The translations under genes and the position numbers were made by a program. Below, one piece after another: positions 1 to 7,892 of a stretch of 35,927 nucleotides of DNA; the first letter of the stretch is position 1, and the number at the start of each line of letters is the position of its first letter. This DNA comes from Anaerolineae bacterium. Lineage in GTDB: Bacteria > Chloroflexota > Anaerolineae > JAADDB01. The DNA is taken from the NCBI GenBank assembly GCA_015489285.1, contig WGAA01000230.1:1-35927 (forward strand). Direction: 5' to 3'. The notes under the pieces were generated by a model. That model saw nothing but the letters and a program-made list of their open reading frames with translations, made no database searches and was not told where the DNA came from.

Positions 1-47
1 GGAGCACTTGATATGCTCCCGCCCGTGTGTTCGGCCCTACTTTCCTA

Positions 48-2924
48 TTACCATGCAATGGTGGGCACAAAGGTGTGGCGTGGCAACGGGTAGATGGCAA
101 AGTCCACCCCCAGAGTAACATTTGCGTCTACTCGCACTTCCCGCTCCATGTCGCCCACGATGTAAACCCCGCCGGGATATACTATACGAACGACATACTC
201 ACCCGGCAACACGTTGGTGAACTCATAAGTCCCTGTGTTGTCCGTCGTCACCTGCCATCCCGGACCACCGTCCTTGGGGATGAGTTGTACGGCGATGCCG
301 GGCACCCCGGGTTCGTCACTGTCCCGTTCGCCATCACGGTCCATATCAGACCACACAACTCCCCGCACGATCCCTGTCGTCGGGGTGGGCGTAGGAGAGG
401 GCGTAAACGTAGGGGTCGGAGTCGGTTCTTTCACCAACCCAAAGTGCAGGTTGAGAATGTGATGACACGGGTGGACCAGAGTCACCCGATGCATTGTGGG
501 ATAAAAGACCGTATACCCTGCCGGGGGTTCAATAGTTACTGTATACTCCCCTAAAGGTATGCCCCCAACCTGCCACCAGCCATGCGCGTTAGAAAGAACC
601 GTTCGATCGACGGGGCCGTGGATGTGGATAACAGCACCGGGGATGCCGGGTTCCCTATAGGGTTGATATGTCATATTTCGGTTCAGGTCCTCATAAACGA
701 CACCTCCTAGTGAAGTGAAGCAGCCTGTAGGAGTGGGTGTCGGTGTGTACGTCGCCGTAGGGGTGGGAGTAGCTGCTGGGGTAGCCGTATAAGTTACGGT
801 GGCCGTGGCCGTGCTCGTGGGCAGCGGCGTCAACGTCGACGTGGCCGTGGCTGTGCTTGTGGGCAGTGGCGTCGAGGTCGATGTCGCCGTAGCCGTGCTC
901 GTGGGCAGCGGCGTCAACGTCGACGTGGCCGTGGCCGTGCTCGTGGGCACTGGCGTAGGGGTCCAAGTTGCCGTGGGTGTATTCGTTGCCGTTGGCGTGT
1001 TCGTGGGTGTAGGGGTCCAAGTAAAGGTGGGCGTTGGTGTTGCCGTTCGAGCTAAGACATAGGCTGCACCGGCACGCGAGTTAACAAAAGGAGCCCCTAC
1101 GAGCGTGTTGTACCCGTTGTTATCTATTCCTACGGAGAAACCAAAACGATCTCCGGCCGCGCCATCAGAAGCCGTGAATTTAGCCTCTTGAACCCAAGAG
1201 GTACCGCTCCGGGCAAACACGTAGGCTGCCCCTTGAGAGGAATTCTTCCCCGGGGCGCCGACTATCACCGTGTCCCCATCACCGGAAAGGGTGACAGATT
1301 GGCCGAAGTAGTCGCCTGCTGCCGTGTCACTGGGCAAGAGTTTGGCCTGTTGGGTCCACGTGGAACCACTTCGTACAAAAATGTAAGCGGCACCTGCATT
1401 CGAATTTTTTCCAAGGGCCCCGATGGCTCCCGTATTACCGTCCTGGGAAAGCGCTGCAACCCAACCGAATTTGTCTCCCGCGACACCGTCACTGGCTAAG
1501 AGTTTGACCTGTTGGCTCCACGTGGAACCACTTCGTACAAAAATGTAAGCGGCACCGCGGTTGGAATCTTTGCCGTAAGCTCCGATTAACGCCGTATTGC
1601 CATCACCGGAAAGGGCCACACCGCGACCGAACCAATCCCCCGCTACGCTGTCATTTGCCGTAAGTTTCGCCTGCTGGTACCACGTCGTTCCACTACGCAC
1701 GAAAATGTAGGCAGCATTTCCTTCATAAGCCCCGATAATGGCCGTATTTCCATCGTATGACAATTTCAGTGTATGACCAAACTTCTCGTCGACACTGACA
1801 CTGGATCCTACAAATTTCGCCTGTTGCGTCCACGTCGTCCCACTGCGAACAAACACGTATGCTGCACCGGTACGATTCGAGCCCACATATGCCTGGAACG
1901 CCCCAACAAGTGCCGTGTTACCGTCGGCGGAAAGGGAGACGGCCCACCCGAAGTAAGCGAAATTGCTGGGATCGCTGGCAACCAGCTTTGCCTGTTGCGT
2001 CCACGTCGTCCCGCTGCGGACAAACACATACGCCGCACCGGCGTCTGGTATACTACCAAGATCGGTGAGATGAGCCCCTACGAGGGCCGTACTTCCATTC
2101 TGTGACATCGCAACGGATACACCCAACCAGTTATTCGAAGCTGCATCCGACGCGACCAACTTTGCCTGTTGTACCCACGGATCTATCCGCAACGGGTAAA
2201 CGGCATGAGCATCATCAACAACCAAGCGGACCTGCCGTCCAACAAGTTCCATGTGAGCCGGGAGGCCTCGGCCCAAGGCATCCACGGCCAAAAGCTCCCG
2301 GTACACAACGTCACCAAATCGAACGCCCCCGGGCACACGCGTTCCCACCCGGTCGGCCTCTACCGTCAGAACCAGAGGACCGGCTCCTTGAGGGCGTTCC
2401 GCCACGGTGAACCCGTGTTCGACCCCCACACTCACGTTACGGTACCACTCGGTGAGAGGGCCATAGGTGTATTGCACCTCGTTACCTTGGATATCAGGAG
2501 GGTGCAGGGGAAGAGAAACAAGGGCTGCAGGACGTCCCCAAGAGACTAAATGCAACCGTACGTTCTCGGTGCTCGCGCGAACGAGGAGCCCTTCCTGGTC
2601 CCAACACACCTGCCAATTTTGAGCTACATTCACCCCACACCCTGTGGAAGTATCGATGTGATATTGAGCCGGGGCTTCACGAGCCAGCACATCGTAATAC
2701 GCCATCTGCAGGTCCGGGTGTAAGATGAATTCTGCCGGACGGGCAAGCGGGGCAGCAACCGGGGGTGATTTCAAGGGTACAGGTCTCGCCGTCGGCCAGG
2801 GAATGTGGACGAGGGTGGCAACGCTCCCCACCACTAAGAAAAAGATGAGTGACAGGACAAGGAAAAAAGTGATGGGGTTTATGGCTCTGACTGTTGGCCG
2901 GGCCACTGCACGGGTGTCTATCAT
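48..2924 (-). CDS. Membrane-anchored FG-GAP (integrin-alpha-like) seven-repeat propeller surface protein with Thr/Pro-rich linkers and two C-terminal SdrD-B/Cna-B-like domains
   Basis: ORF 48..2954. I prefer the ATG at 2924, preceded by GAGAGGAGG. N-terminal hydrophobic anchor [22 protein letters not shown]. Seven tandem repeats of the form QQAKLxASDxxxxDxFGxxVxLSxDGNTAxxGA...[13 protein letters not shown] (FG-GAP signature, ~nt 1040-2160). TP-rich low complexity at ~720-1035. Two distal segments with GVVxxDxxRDGxxDxxEPGxPG...G.Y.F..L..G.Y pattern. Confidence 0.8.
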   Translation of the reverse strand: MIDTRAVARPTVRAINPITFFLVLSLIFFLVVGSVATLVHIPWPTARPVPLKSPPVAAPLARPAEFILHPDLQMAYYDVLAREAPAQYHIDTSTGCGVNVAQNWQVCWDQEGLLVRASTENVRLHLVSWGRPAALVSLPLHPPDIQGNEVQYTYGPLTEWYRNVSVGVEHGFTVAERPQGAGPLVLTVEADRVGTRVPGGVRFGDVVYRELLAVDALGRGLPAHMELVGRQVRLVVDDAHAVYPLRIDPWVQQAKLVASDAASNNWLGVSVAMSQNGSTALVGAHLTDLGSIPDAGAAYVFVRSGTTWTQQAKLVASDPSNFAYFGWAVSLSADGNTALVGAFQAYVGSNRTGAAYVFVRSGTTWTQQAKFVGSSVSVDEKFGHTLKLSYDGNTAIIGAYEGNAAYIFVRSGTTWYQQAKLTANDSVAGDWFGRGVALSGDGNTALIGAYGKDSNRGAAYIFVRSGSTWSQQVKLLASDGVAGDKFGWVAALSQDGNTGAIGALGKNSNAGAAYIFVRSGSTWTQQAKLLPSDTAAGDYFGQSVTLSGDGDTVIVGAPGKNSSQGAAYVFARSGTSWVQEAKFTASDGAAGDRFGFSVGIDNNGYNTLVGAPFVNSRAGAAYVLARTATPTPTFTWTPTPTNTPTATNTPTATWTPTPVPTSTATATSTLTPLPTSTATATSTSTPLPTSTATATSTLTPLPTSTATATVTYTATPAATPTPTATYTPTPTPTGCFTSLGGVVYEDLNRNMTYQPYREPGIPGAVIHIHGPVDRTVLSNAHGWWQVGGIPLGEYTVTIEPPAGYTVFYPTMHRVTLVHPCHHILNLHFGLVKEPTPTPTFTPSPTPTPTTGIVRGVVWSDMDRDGERDSDEPGVPGIAVQLIPKDGGPGWQVTTDNTGTYEFTNVLPGEYVVRIVYPGGVYIVGDMEREVRVDANVTLGVDFAIYPLPRHTFVPTIAW
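799..963. repeat. 42-bp in-frame tandem repeat (~3.9 copies) inside the FG-GAP gene linker
   Basis: Unit GTGGCCGTGGCCGTGCTCGTGGGCAGCGGCGTCAACGTCGAC, with units starting at 799, 841, 883 and 925 (last partial) and few substitutions. Encodes 14-aa [14 protein letters not shown] repeats on the minus strand. Confidence 0.85.
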
Positions 2925-3118
2925 GATTACACCTCCTCTCGGTACTCCTCTCAATAGTTAGGGTTATAAACCTGTCATTAGTTAAGGTATCAAACCACGA
3001 TCCCCAGCCTAAAGTGACGCCATTGTGCCCGGTATGAATATTAATTTTCTATAGTTAAAGATATCTTACAATTGACAGTGCCATTCACCCCGCATAGGGG
3101 GCCATATTTAGATACATA

Positions 3119-3147
3119 ATTACACCATTCGTCATTAAAATTGTCAA
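3119..3147 (-). promoter_or_regulatory. Candidate sigma70-type promoter for the FG-GAP gene
   Basis: Minus strand reads TTGACA (3147..3142), 17-nt spacer, TGTAAT (3124..3119). It lies in the AT-rich spacer ~190 nt upstream of the ATG at 2924. Confidence 0.35.
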
Positions 3148-3475
3148 GTCGGGCAATAAGATAACGATATTCCCGATTTCGATACGATTATCAACGCTAC
3201 GCGGGGATATATCGCGATATTTATGCAGATATATACTACGTCCATACATCTACATTTGATTACGGGGCTGTATTCGAAAGCAAACCGCGGAAACGTGACC
3301 TCTCCAGTAGCGGGGATAACGGATTCCAACATGTATCCCTTCGAAGTTGATATGTCCCCAGGAGAAGATAAAAAATCGAGCGAAGCCCGTCCTTCACACG
3401 CTGGAAGGGGAAACTCAAGAGACGTACCGGTAGCCGTGTAACACGAGGAGAGTGGGGGACCGGGCCAACATCGAA

Positions 3476-3503
3476 GGGCCGTAGATGACCGCCCGTACGG
3501 CCC
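3476..3503 (-). terminator. Hairpin just downstream of the small ORF / cobB unit (weak terminator candidate)
   Basis: GGGCCGTA (3476-3483), 12-nt loop, TACGGCCC (3496-3503), 8 nt beyond the stop codon at 3512-3514. There is no clear U-tract on the minus strand. Confidence 0.3.
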
Positions 3504-3511
3504 GAGGCCCT

Positions 3512-3850
3512 TTATTTATCCCCCTGACCCAGCAGAATCCGGGCCAGTTCCTGGGCCTCTTCGAGGAGATCGATATCTTCGGGGAAGTCACACGTGGGAC
3601 GAATGCGCATGAGCATGTGACGCAAAATGCGCCGGGCCGGGTCGGGAAATTCGGGATCTTCGAGAAGTATCGCGCTACGCTGCTGGATGGTCATGCCCGT
3701 GGGAGATATGCCGCGGCGACGCAGCACCTCTCCCAGGACCACATTTGCTGCACGGCGGGCCGCAGCCCGGGCTCGTCGCTCAATCCCTTCCGCTCGGGCC
3801 GTCCGAGCCCTCTCCATCTCCACCGCGAACGCTTCGCGCCAATCGGCCAT
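3512..3850 (-). CDS. Hypothetical small helical protein (112 aa) overlapping the 3' end of cobB
   Basis: ATG at 3850 with upstream GAGAGGGAA. GC3-rich, coding-looking sequence. Arg/Ala-rich N-terminus; contains RRILRH (Rx4H-type spacing). No family recognised. Confidence 0.5.
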   Translation of the reverse strand: MADWREAFAVEMERARTARAEGIERRARAAARRAANVVLGEVLRRRGISPTGMTIQQRSAILLEDPEFPDPARRILRHMLMRIRPTCDFPEDIDLLEEAQELARILLGQGDK

Positions 3851-4631
3851 CTTCTATTCCCTCTCGTACCCTCTGCACTAAGCGAGGGAGGATGTCCACC
3901 ACATCGCCACGGATGAGAACGTCTGCCAGGTGATCGGCCGAGGTGGGGCCCAAGTTGACGATGATCAGCTTCCCCCCACTCCTCCGAGTCAACCGGGGCA
4001 AGTCCGCGGCCGGCATGACCTCCAAAGAGGAGCCGACGACCAGCATGACATCCGCGGCCAGGGAGGCCTCCTGCGCCCGGATGAGCGCCTTGGGAGGGAG
4101 CAACTCGCCGAAGAGGACCACATCCGGCTTCATCAATCCCCCACAGCGGGGACACCTGGGAACCCGGCCCTCTTTTACCTCCTCCCAGAAATCCTCCGTG
4201 CCGGCCTGATATCCGCACGAAAGACAGGTGGCCGTGCGGGTGTGGCCGTGGATCTCCAGGACGCGGCGGCTCCCTGCAGCCTGGTGCAAGGAATCGATGT
4301 TCTGGGTAATGATCCACTTCAGGATACCCAACGCCTCCAACTCGGCCAGCGCGTGATGGGCTGCGTTGGGTTGCGCCTTCTCCATCTTCTCCAACAGGGG
4401 GCGAATCCACGCGTAGAACCGCTCCGGCTGCGTCTTATACCCCCAGATACTCGCCACCTCCGCCGGGTCCACGAACTCCCACAACCCCTTCCCCGGTGTT
4501 CGGAAATCGGGAATCCCACTGGGGGTACTGATGCCCGCCCCGGTTAGGGCCACAGCGCGTTCCGAGGCCAACAAGAGATCCGCGGCCTTACGAATCGCCT
4601 CCTCTTGACGGCTTTTGCGCCACCTCATCAC
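3780..4631 (-). CDS. cobB: NAD-dependent protein deacylase (sirtuin, CobB/Sir2 family)
   Basis: GAGISTPSGIPDFR, QNIDSLH, catalytic LEIHGH, and Zn-ribbon cysteines CLSCG...CPRCGG. Start is GTG 4631 or ATG 4628. Confidence 0.9.
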   Translation of the reverse strand: MMRWRKSRQEEAIRKAADLLLASERAVALTGAGISTPSGIPDFRTPGKGLWEFVDPAEVASIWGYKTQPERFYAWIRPLLEKMEKAQPNAAHHALAELEALGILKWIITQNIDSLHQAAGSRRVLEIHGHTRTATCLSCGYQAGTEDFWEEVKEGRVPRCPRCGGLMKPDVVLFGELLPPKALIRAQEASLAADVMLVVGSSLEVMPAADLPRLTRRSGGKLIIVNLGPTSADHLADVLIRGDVVDILPRLVQRVREGIEDGRLARSVRGGDGEGSDGPSGRD

Positions 4632-4714
4632 CCTGCGTTATACTCCCTTGCGCGTTGAACACCCTCAAGCGTAGCGCAAGAGCCCAATTTTGGCAACCGG
4701 GCGGGAACGGGAGA

Positions 4715-5563
4715 ATGGGTACACTCTTCGTAGTAGGCACCCCCATCGGGAACTTAAGGGACATTACCCTGCGGGCCCTCGATGTGCTCCGCTCGGTCGA
4801 CCTCATCGCGGCCGAAGACACCCGGGTCACCCGGAAACTTCTCGGCCACTACGACATTCACACCCCCCTCACCAGTTACTTCGAACACAACAAGCTCCAA
4901 AAACAGGACGTCATCCTCCGTGCCCTGGAGAAGGGGGATGTGGCTCTGGTCTCCGACGCGGGCATGCCGGGCATCAACGACCCGGGATACGAACTCATCC
5001 GCGCCGTCATACAGGCCGGATATCCCCTCCGGGTCGTCCCGGGCCCCTCCGCGCCCATTGCTGCCCTTGTCATCTCCGGCCTTCCCACGGACGCCTTTCT
5101 CTACCTCGGCTACGTTCCCCGACGACCGGGGGAACGACGACGCCTTTTCCGGGACCTCCTCGAAGACTCGGCCACCCTTATCTTCCTGGAAGTGCCCCAC
5201 CGTCTACGCGAATCCCTACAGGACGCGCTGGACATATTCGGGCCGCAGCGACAAGGAGCGGTCGCCCGCGAACTGACCAAGGCCCACGAGGAAATCGTCA
5301 GGGGAACGCTGGAGGAGATCCACGCCCACTTCCAGGCGACCCCGCCCCGCGGCGAGATCGTCCTCCTCCTGGAAGGTGCACGAAAGCGCGCTTCCCGGGA
5401 GTCGGTCGACGAAAAGACCGTTCGGAGGCTGGTTCAGGCCCTGGTGGAGAACGGGATCCCCCCCTCGCAGGCTGCCCGCATTGCGGCCCGAGCGCTGAAC
5501 GTGCCCAAACGTAAGGCCTACGAACTGCTTGTGGAGACCCCGGAAGAGCAGAACGCGCGATAA
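4715..5563 (+). CDS. rsmI: 16S rRNA (cytidine1402-2'-O)-methyltransferase RsmI
   Basis: MGTLFVVGTPIGNLRDITLRALDVLRSVDLIAAEDTR (tetrapyrrole-methylase-fold N-terminus typical of RsmI). ATG 4715 preceded by GGGAGAA. ORF track start 4655 is probably too long. Confidence 0.9.
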   Translation: MGTLFVVGTPIGNLRDITLRALDVLRSVDLIAAEDTRVTRKLLGHYDIHTPLTSYFEHNKLQKQDVILRALEKGDVALVSDAGMPGINDPGYELIRAVIQAGYPLRVVPGPSAPIAALVISGLPTDAFLYLGYVPRRPGERRRLFRDLLEDSATLIFLEVPHRLRESLQDALDIFGPQRQGAVARELTKAHEEIVRGTLEEIHAHFQATPPRGEIVLLLEGARKRASRESVDEKTVRRLVQALVENGIPPSQAARIAARALNVPKRKAYELLVETPEEQNAR

Positions 5564-5598
5564 TTCCATAACCCGTTCGACAAAGGAGGGAAGGAACA

Positions 5599-6663
5599 AT
5601 GGCCGTTGATCTGGACAATGTAGCCCAACTGCGAGCGATGGACCCCAAAGATATGCTGGGTTGGGTGGAGCGTTTTCCCGAACAATGTGCGGACGCGTGG
5701 GTTCGGGCCGACGCCATTTCGTTGCCCGACACCTTACGGGATAAAAAGCACATCGTCGTGGTGGGGATGGGAGGGTCGGCCATAGGAGGGGACCTGCTAT
5801 CCGCTTACCTGAGCGCCCGCGCTGCGGTCCCCGTCACCGTGGTACGACATTACACCCTGCCCACGTGGGTAAACGAGGACACCTTGATCATCGCATCCAG
5901 CTACTCCGGCAACACAGAGGAGACCTTGAGCGCCTTCCGGCAGGCCCTGGAGAAGGGCCTCAGTCTTGTGGCCCTGACAACGGGGGGGCGACTGGCCCGC
6001 TTGGCCCTGGACCACCAGGTGCCCGTGGTCGTCTTCCCCGGCGGGGGGCAGCCTCGAGCCGCCCTGGGCTACTCCTTCGTCCTCCTTCTGGGAATCGTCC
6101 AGGCGTTGGGGTATTACACCGTCCCCGGGGAAGAGCGGGCCGAGGCCGCGGCCGTGTTGGACGAACTCAATCGCACCTACGGGCCGGACGTTCCCCGGGA
6201 GGAGAACCCGGCCAAACAACACGCAGAGGTCCTGTTCGGGCGCATCCCCTACGTCATGGGCTCGGGTGTTTTGGCGCCGGTCGCCCGCCGCTGGAAAACC
6301 CAGTTCAACGAAAACAGCAAACAATGGGCCGCGTTCGACGAAATGCCCGAGCTGAACCACAACACCGTCATGGGCACTCGCGCCCCGGCCCTCCTGCCGG
6401 ACGTGCTGACCCTCATCAGCCTGGAATCCCCCACGGACCATCCCCGGATTCGCCTCCGTTGGGATATCACCGCGGACATCTTCCGCAAGGCCAAATTGCC
6501 CCATCTGCGCATCCAAGCCCCGGGGGAACACGCCCTGAGTCAAATGCTGGGGCTCATCCACCTCGGCGATTTCATAACCGTCTACCTGGCCTTCCTCAAC
6601 GGCCAAGACCCCTCCTCCATCGACAACATCGACTTCCTGAAGGCGGAGCTGGCAAAACGGTGA
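5599..6663 (+). CDS. Bifunctional phosphoglucose/phosphomannose isomerase (SIS domain)
   Basis: HIVVVGMGGSAIGGDL, SYSGNTEETL, and the PELNHN motif region. RBS AAAGGAGGGAAGG lies before ATG 5599. Confidence 0.8.
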   Translation: MAVDLDNVAQLRAMDPKDMLGWVERFPEQCADAWVRADAISLPDTLRDKKHIVVVGMGGSAIGGDLLSAYLSARAAVPVTVVRHYTLPTWVNEDTLIIASSYSGNTEETLSAFRQALEKGLSLVALTTGGRLARLALDHQVPVVVFPGGGQPRAALGYSFVLLLGIVQALGYYTVPGEERAEAAAVLDELNRTYGPDVPREENPAKQHAEVLFGRIPYVMGSGVLAPVARRWKTQFNENSKQWAAFDEMPELNHNTVMGTRAPALLPDVLTLISLESPTDHPRIRLRWDITADIFRKAKLPHLRIQAPGEHALSQMLGLIHLGDFITVYLAFLNGQDPSSIDNIDFLKAELAKR

Positions 6664-6707
6664 ACGCTCCGGGGCGGCCGCAAGTGACGAGTAACGAGTA
6701 ACTGCCC

Positions 6708-6739
6708 GGCGCGAAGACAGCGTTGTCCCAGCAGCGCCA
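6708..6739 (+). repeat. Conserved-loop element copy 1
   Basis: GGCGCGAAGACAGCGTTGTCCCAGCAGCGCC, related to copies at 7020, 17782(-) and 17942(-). Confidence 0.6.
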
Positions 6740-6879
6740 ACTTGGCCCTACGCCGACTTTTGACGAACGACCAACGACCACCGACGAACGAAAGGTTGGC
6801 CTAACAGCGTCAACGTCGGTAACGAGTAGGCCCGGCGCTACGCCGGGGCTTGGCTAAGCCAAAGGTCAGCGCCCACTCC

Positions 6880-7016
6880 GCCCAAAGGTAAACCTTCGGG
6901 CTACATTAGGGGAAAAGCCCCCTCGAAGGGGGCTCCAATGGCCGGCGAAGAGCCCTTCCAGGCCGCTTCCAGCGGCCTTCGCTTCGATGTAGCACGGGGT
7001 CTTTAGCCCCGTGCGT
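6880..7016. other. Hairpin-dense noncoding element (possible MITE remnant or structured RNA)
   Basis: Perfect stems AGCCCCCT/AGGGGGCT (6916-6934), AGGCCGC/GCGGCCT (6960-6978) and GCACGGGG/CCCCGTGC (6992-7014). Bracketing inverted GCTACAT (6900-6906) / ATGTAGC (6987-6993). Only a poor antisense ORF overlaps. Confidence 0.4.
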
Positions 7017-7019
7017 GCT

Positions 7020-7050
7020 GGCGCGTACACAAGGTTATCCCTGCAGCGCC
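7020..7050 (+). repeat. Conserved-loop element copy 2
   Basis: GGCGCGTACACAAGGTTATCCCTGCAGCGCC. Confidence 0.6.
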
Positions 7051-7064
7051 AACCCGTCTTCAAG

Positions 7065-7141
7065 TTACGCATTACGCATTACGCATCACGCATCACGCAT
7101 TACGTATCACGTCCGGCGCCTGACGCATGACGAGTGACGTA
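7065..7141 (+). repeat. Degenerate heptanucleotide tandem array (11 units)
   Basis: TTACGCA x3, TCACGCA x2, TTACGTA, TCACGTC, CGGCGCC, TGACGCA, TGACGAG, TGACGTA in strict 7-nt register. Confidence 0.85.
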
Positions 7142-7256
7142 ACGGGTACCGTTCCCCCACTTCTCCAACGGGCCCGGATCGGGTATACTTAAAAGGGTCG
7201 TGCCCATCGAGAACGACCGGTCCGGCAACGCGCGGCGGAAGGCGAGAAAGGAACCC

Positions 7257-7892
7257 ATGAGACAGGTGCGGATCGTCCTGGTCGACGACCACCAGATCGT
7301 GCGGGAAGGGTTGCGGAGCATCCTCCAACAGGAGCCGTCCTTCGAAGTGGTGGGAGAAACCGGGGACGGAGCGTACGCGGTGACCCTGATTGCTCACCTC
7401 CAGCCGGACATCGCCCTCGTGGACATCCGCCTGCCGGACATGAGTGGCCTGGACGTCTGTCGCCGGGCCGTCGAACTGAGTCCCCGTACCCGGGTCATCA
7501 TCCTCACGGCGTATCTGGACAGCAACCTGGTCCACCAGGCCTTACAGGCAGGGGCACGGGGATACCTCCTCAAAGATGTGGAGCACATGGCCCTCGTCGA
7601 GCGGATTCACCAAGTACTCCAAGGGGAATACGTCTTCGACCCCCGCGTGACCCACACCCTGGCCGAGTACATCGTGCAACACCCACCGGAAGAAGATGAC
7701 ATCCTCCTCTCCGCGCGGGAGCTCGAGATCTTGCGCCTGGTGGCCCAGGGGCTCACCAACGCGGAAATTGCGGACATCCTTTTCCTCAGCCCGGCCACTG
7801 TGAAGGACCACGTCCGAAACATCACGGCCAAATTGGGCGCGCGCAACCGAGTGGAAGCTGTGACCAAAGCCGTCCGTCAGGGGCTTATATAG
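7257..7892 (+). CDS. NarL/LuxR-family two-component response regulator
   Basis: Receiver VRIVLVDDHQIVREGL ... ALVDIRLPDMSG. C-terminal LuxR HTH LSARELEILRLVAQGLTNAEIADILFLSPATVKDHVRNI. ATG 7257 after AAAGGAA; ORF track start 7200 is less likely. Confidence 0.9.
   Translation: MRQVRIVLVDDHQIVREGLRSILQQEPSFEVVGETGDGAYAVTLIAHLQPDIALVDIRLPDMSGLDVCRRAVELSPRTRVIILTAYLDSNLVHQALQAGARGYLLKDVEHMALVERIHQVLQGEYVFDPRVTHTLAEYIVQHPPEEDDILLSARELEILRLVAQGLTNAEIADILFLSPATVKDHVRNITAKLGARNRVEAVTKAVRQGLI

Larger units (their letters stand above)
6684..7144 (+). repeat. Intergenic repeat cluster A (heptamer arrays + conserved ~31-nt elements + hairpins)
   Basis: Heptads GTGACGA GTAACGA GTAACTG (6684-6704). TGACGAA CGACCAA CGACCAC CGACGAA (6761-6788). 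Array 7065-7141. Two copies of the GGCGCG-AAGACAAGGTTG-like element. The same modules recur reverse-complemented at 17664-18010. Confidence 0.8.

Noticed and set aside
3144-3441. 62-aa (-) and 72-aa (+) ORFs in the AT-rich spacer
   Set aside because: No RBS was seen, they overlap each other on opposite strands, and their composition is unlike the other proteins in the window. They are more likely chance ORFs in AT-rich DNA.
3780-4631. SIR2-domain protein as an anti-phage defence effector, possibly paired with a HEPN-like small ORF
   Set aside because: All canonical sirtuin deacylase motifs and the Zn-ribbon cysteines are present, and the size is that of housekeeping CobB. Defence SIR2 domains are divergent and fused or paired with sensor modules that are absent here. 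The Rx4H in the small ORF alone is too weak.
4690-5514. 274-aa alternative plus-strand frame inside rsmI
   Set aside because: It is a Pro/Arg/Gly-rich out-of-frame product, while the rsmI frame has clear family motifs.
6866-7072. 68-aa minus-strand ORF inside repeat cluster A
   Set aside because: It lies entirely within hairpins and repeat modules, has no RBS, and its sequence is dictated by palindromes.
7065-7141. Heptamer arrays as a CRISPR-like array
   Set aside because: The units are 7 nt and contiguous with no unique spacers, and no cas genes are present. This is a microsatellite/STRR-like repeat, not CRISPR.
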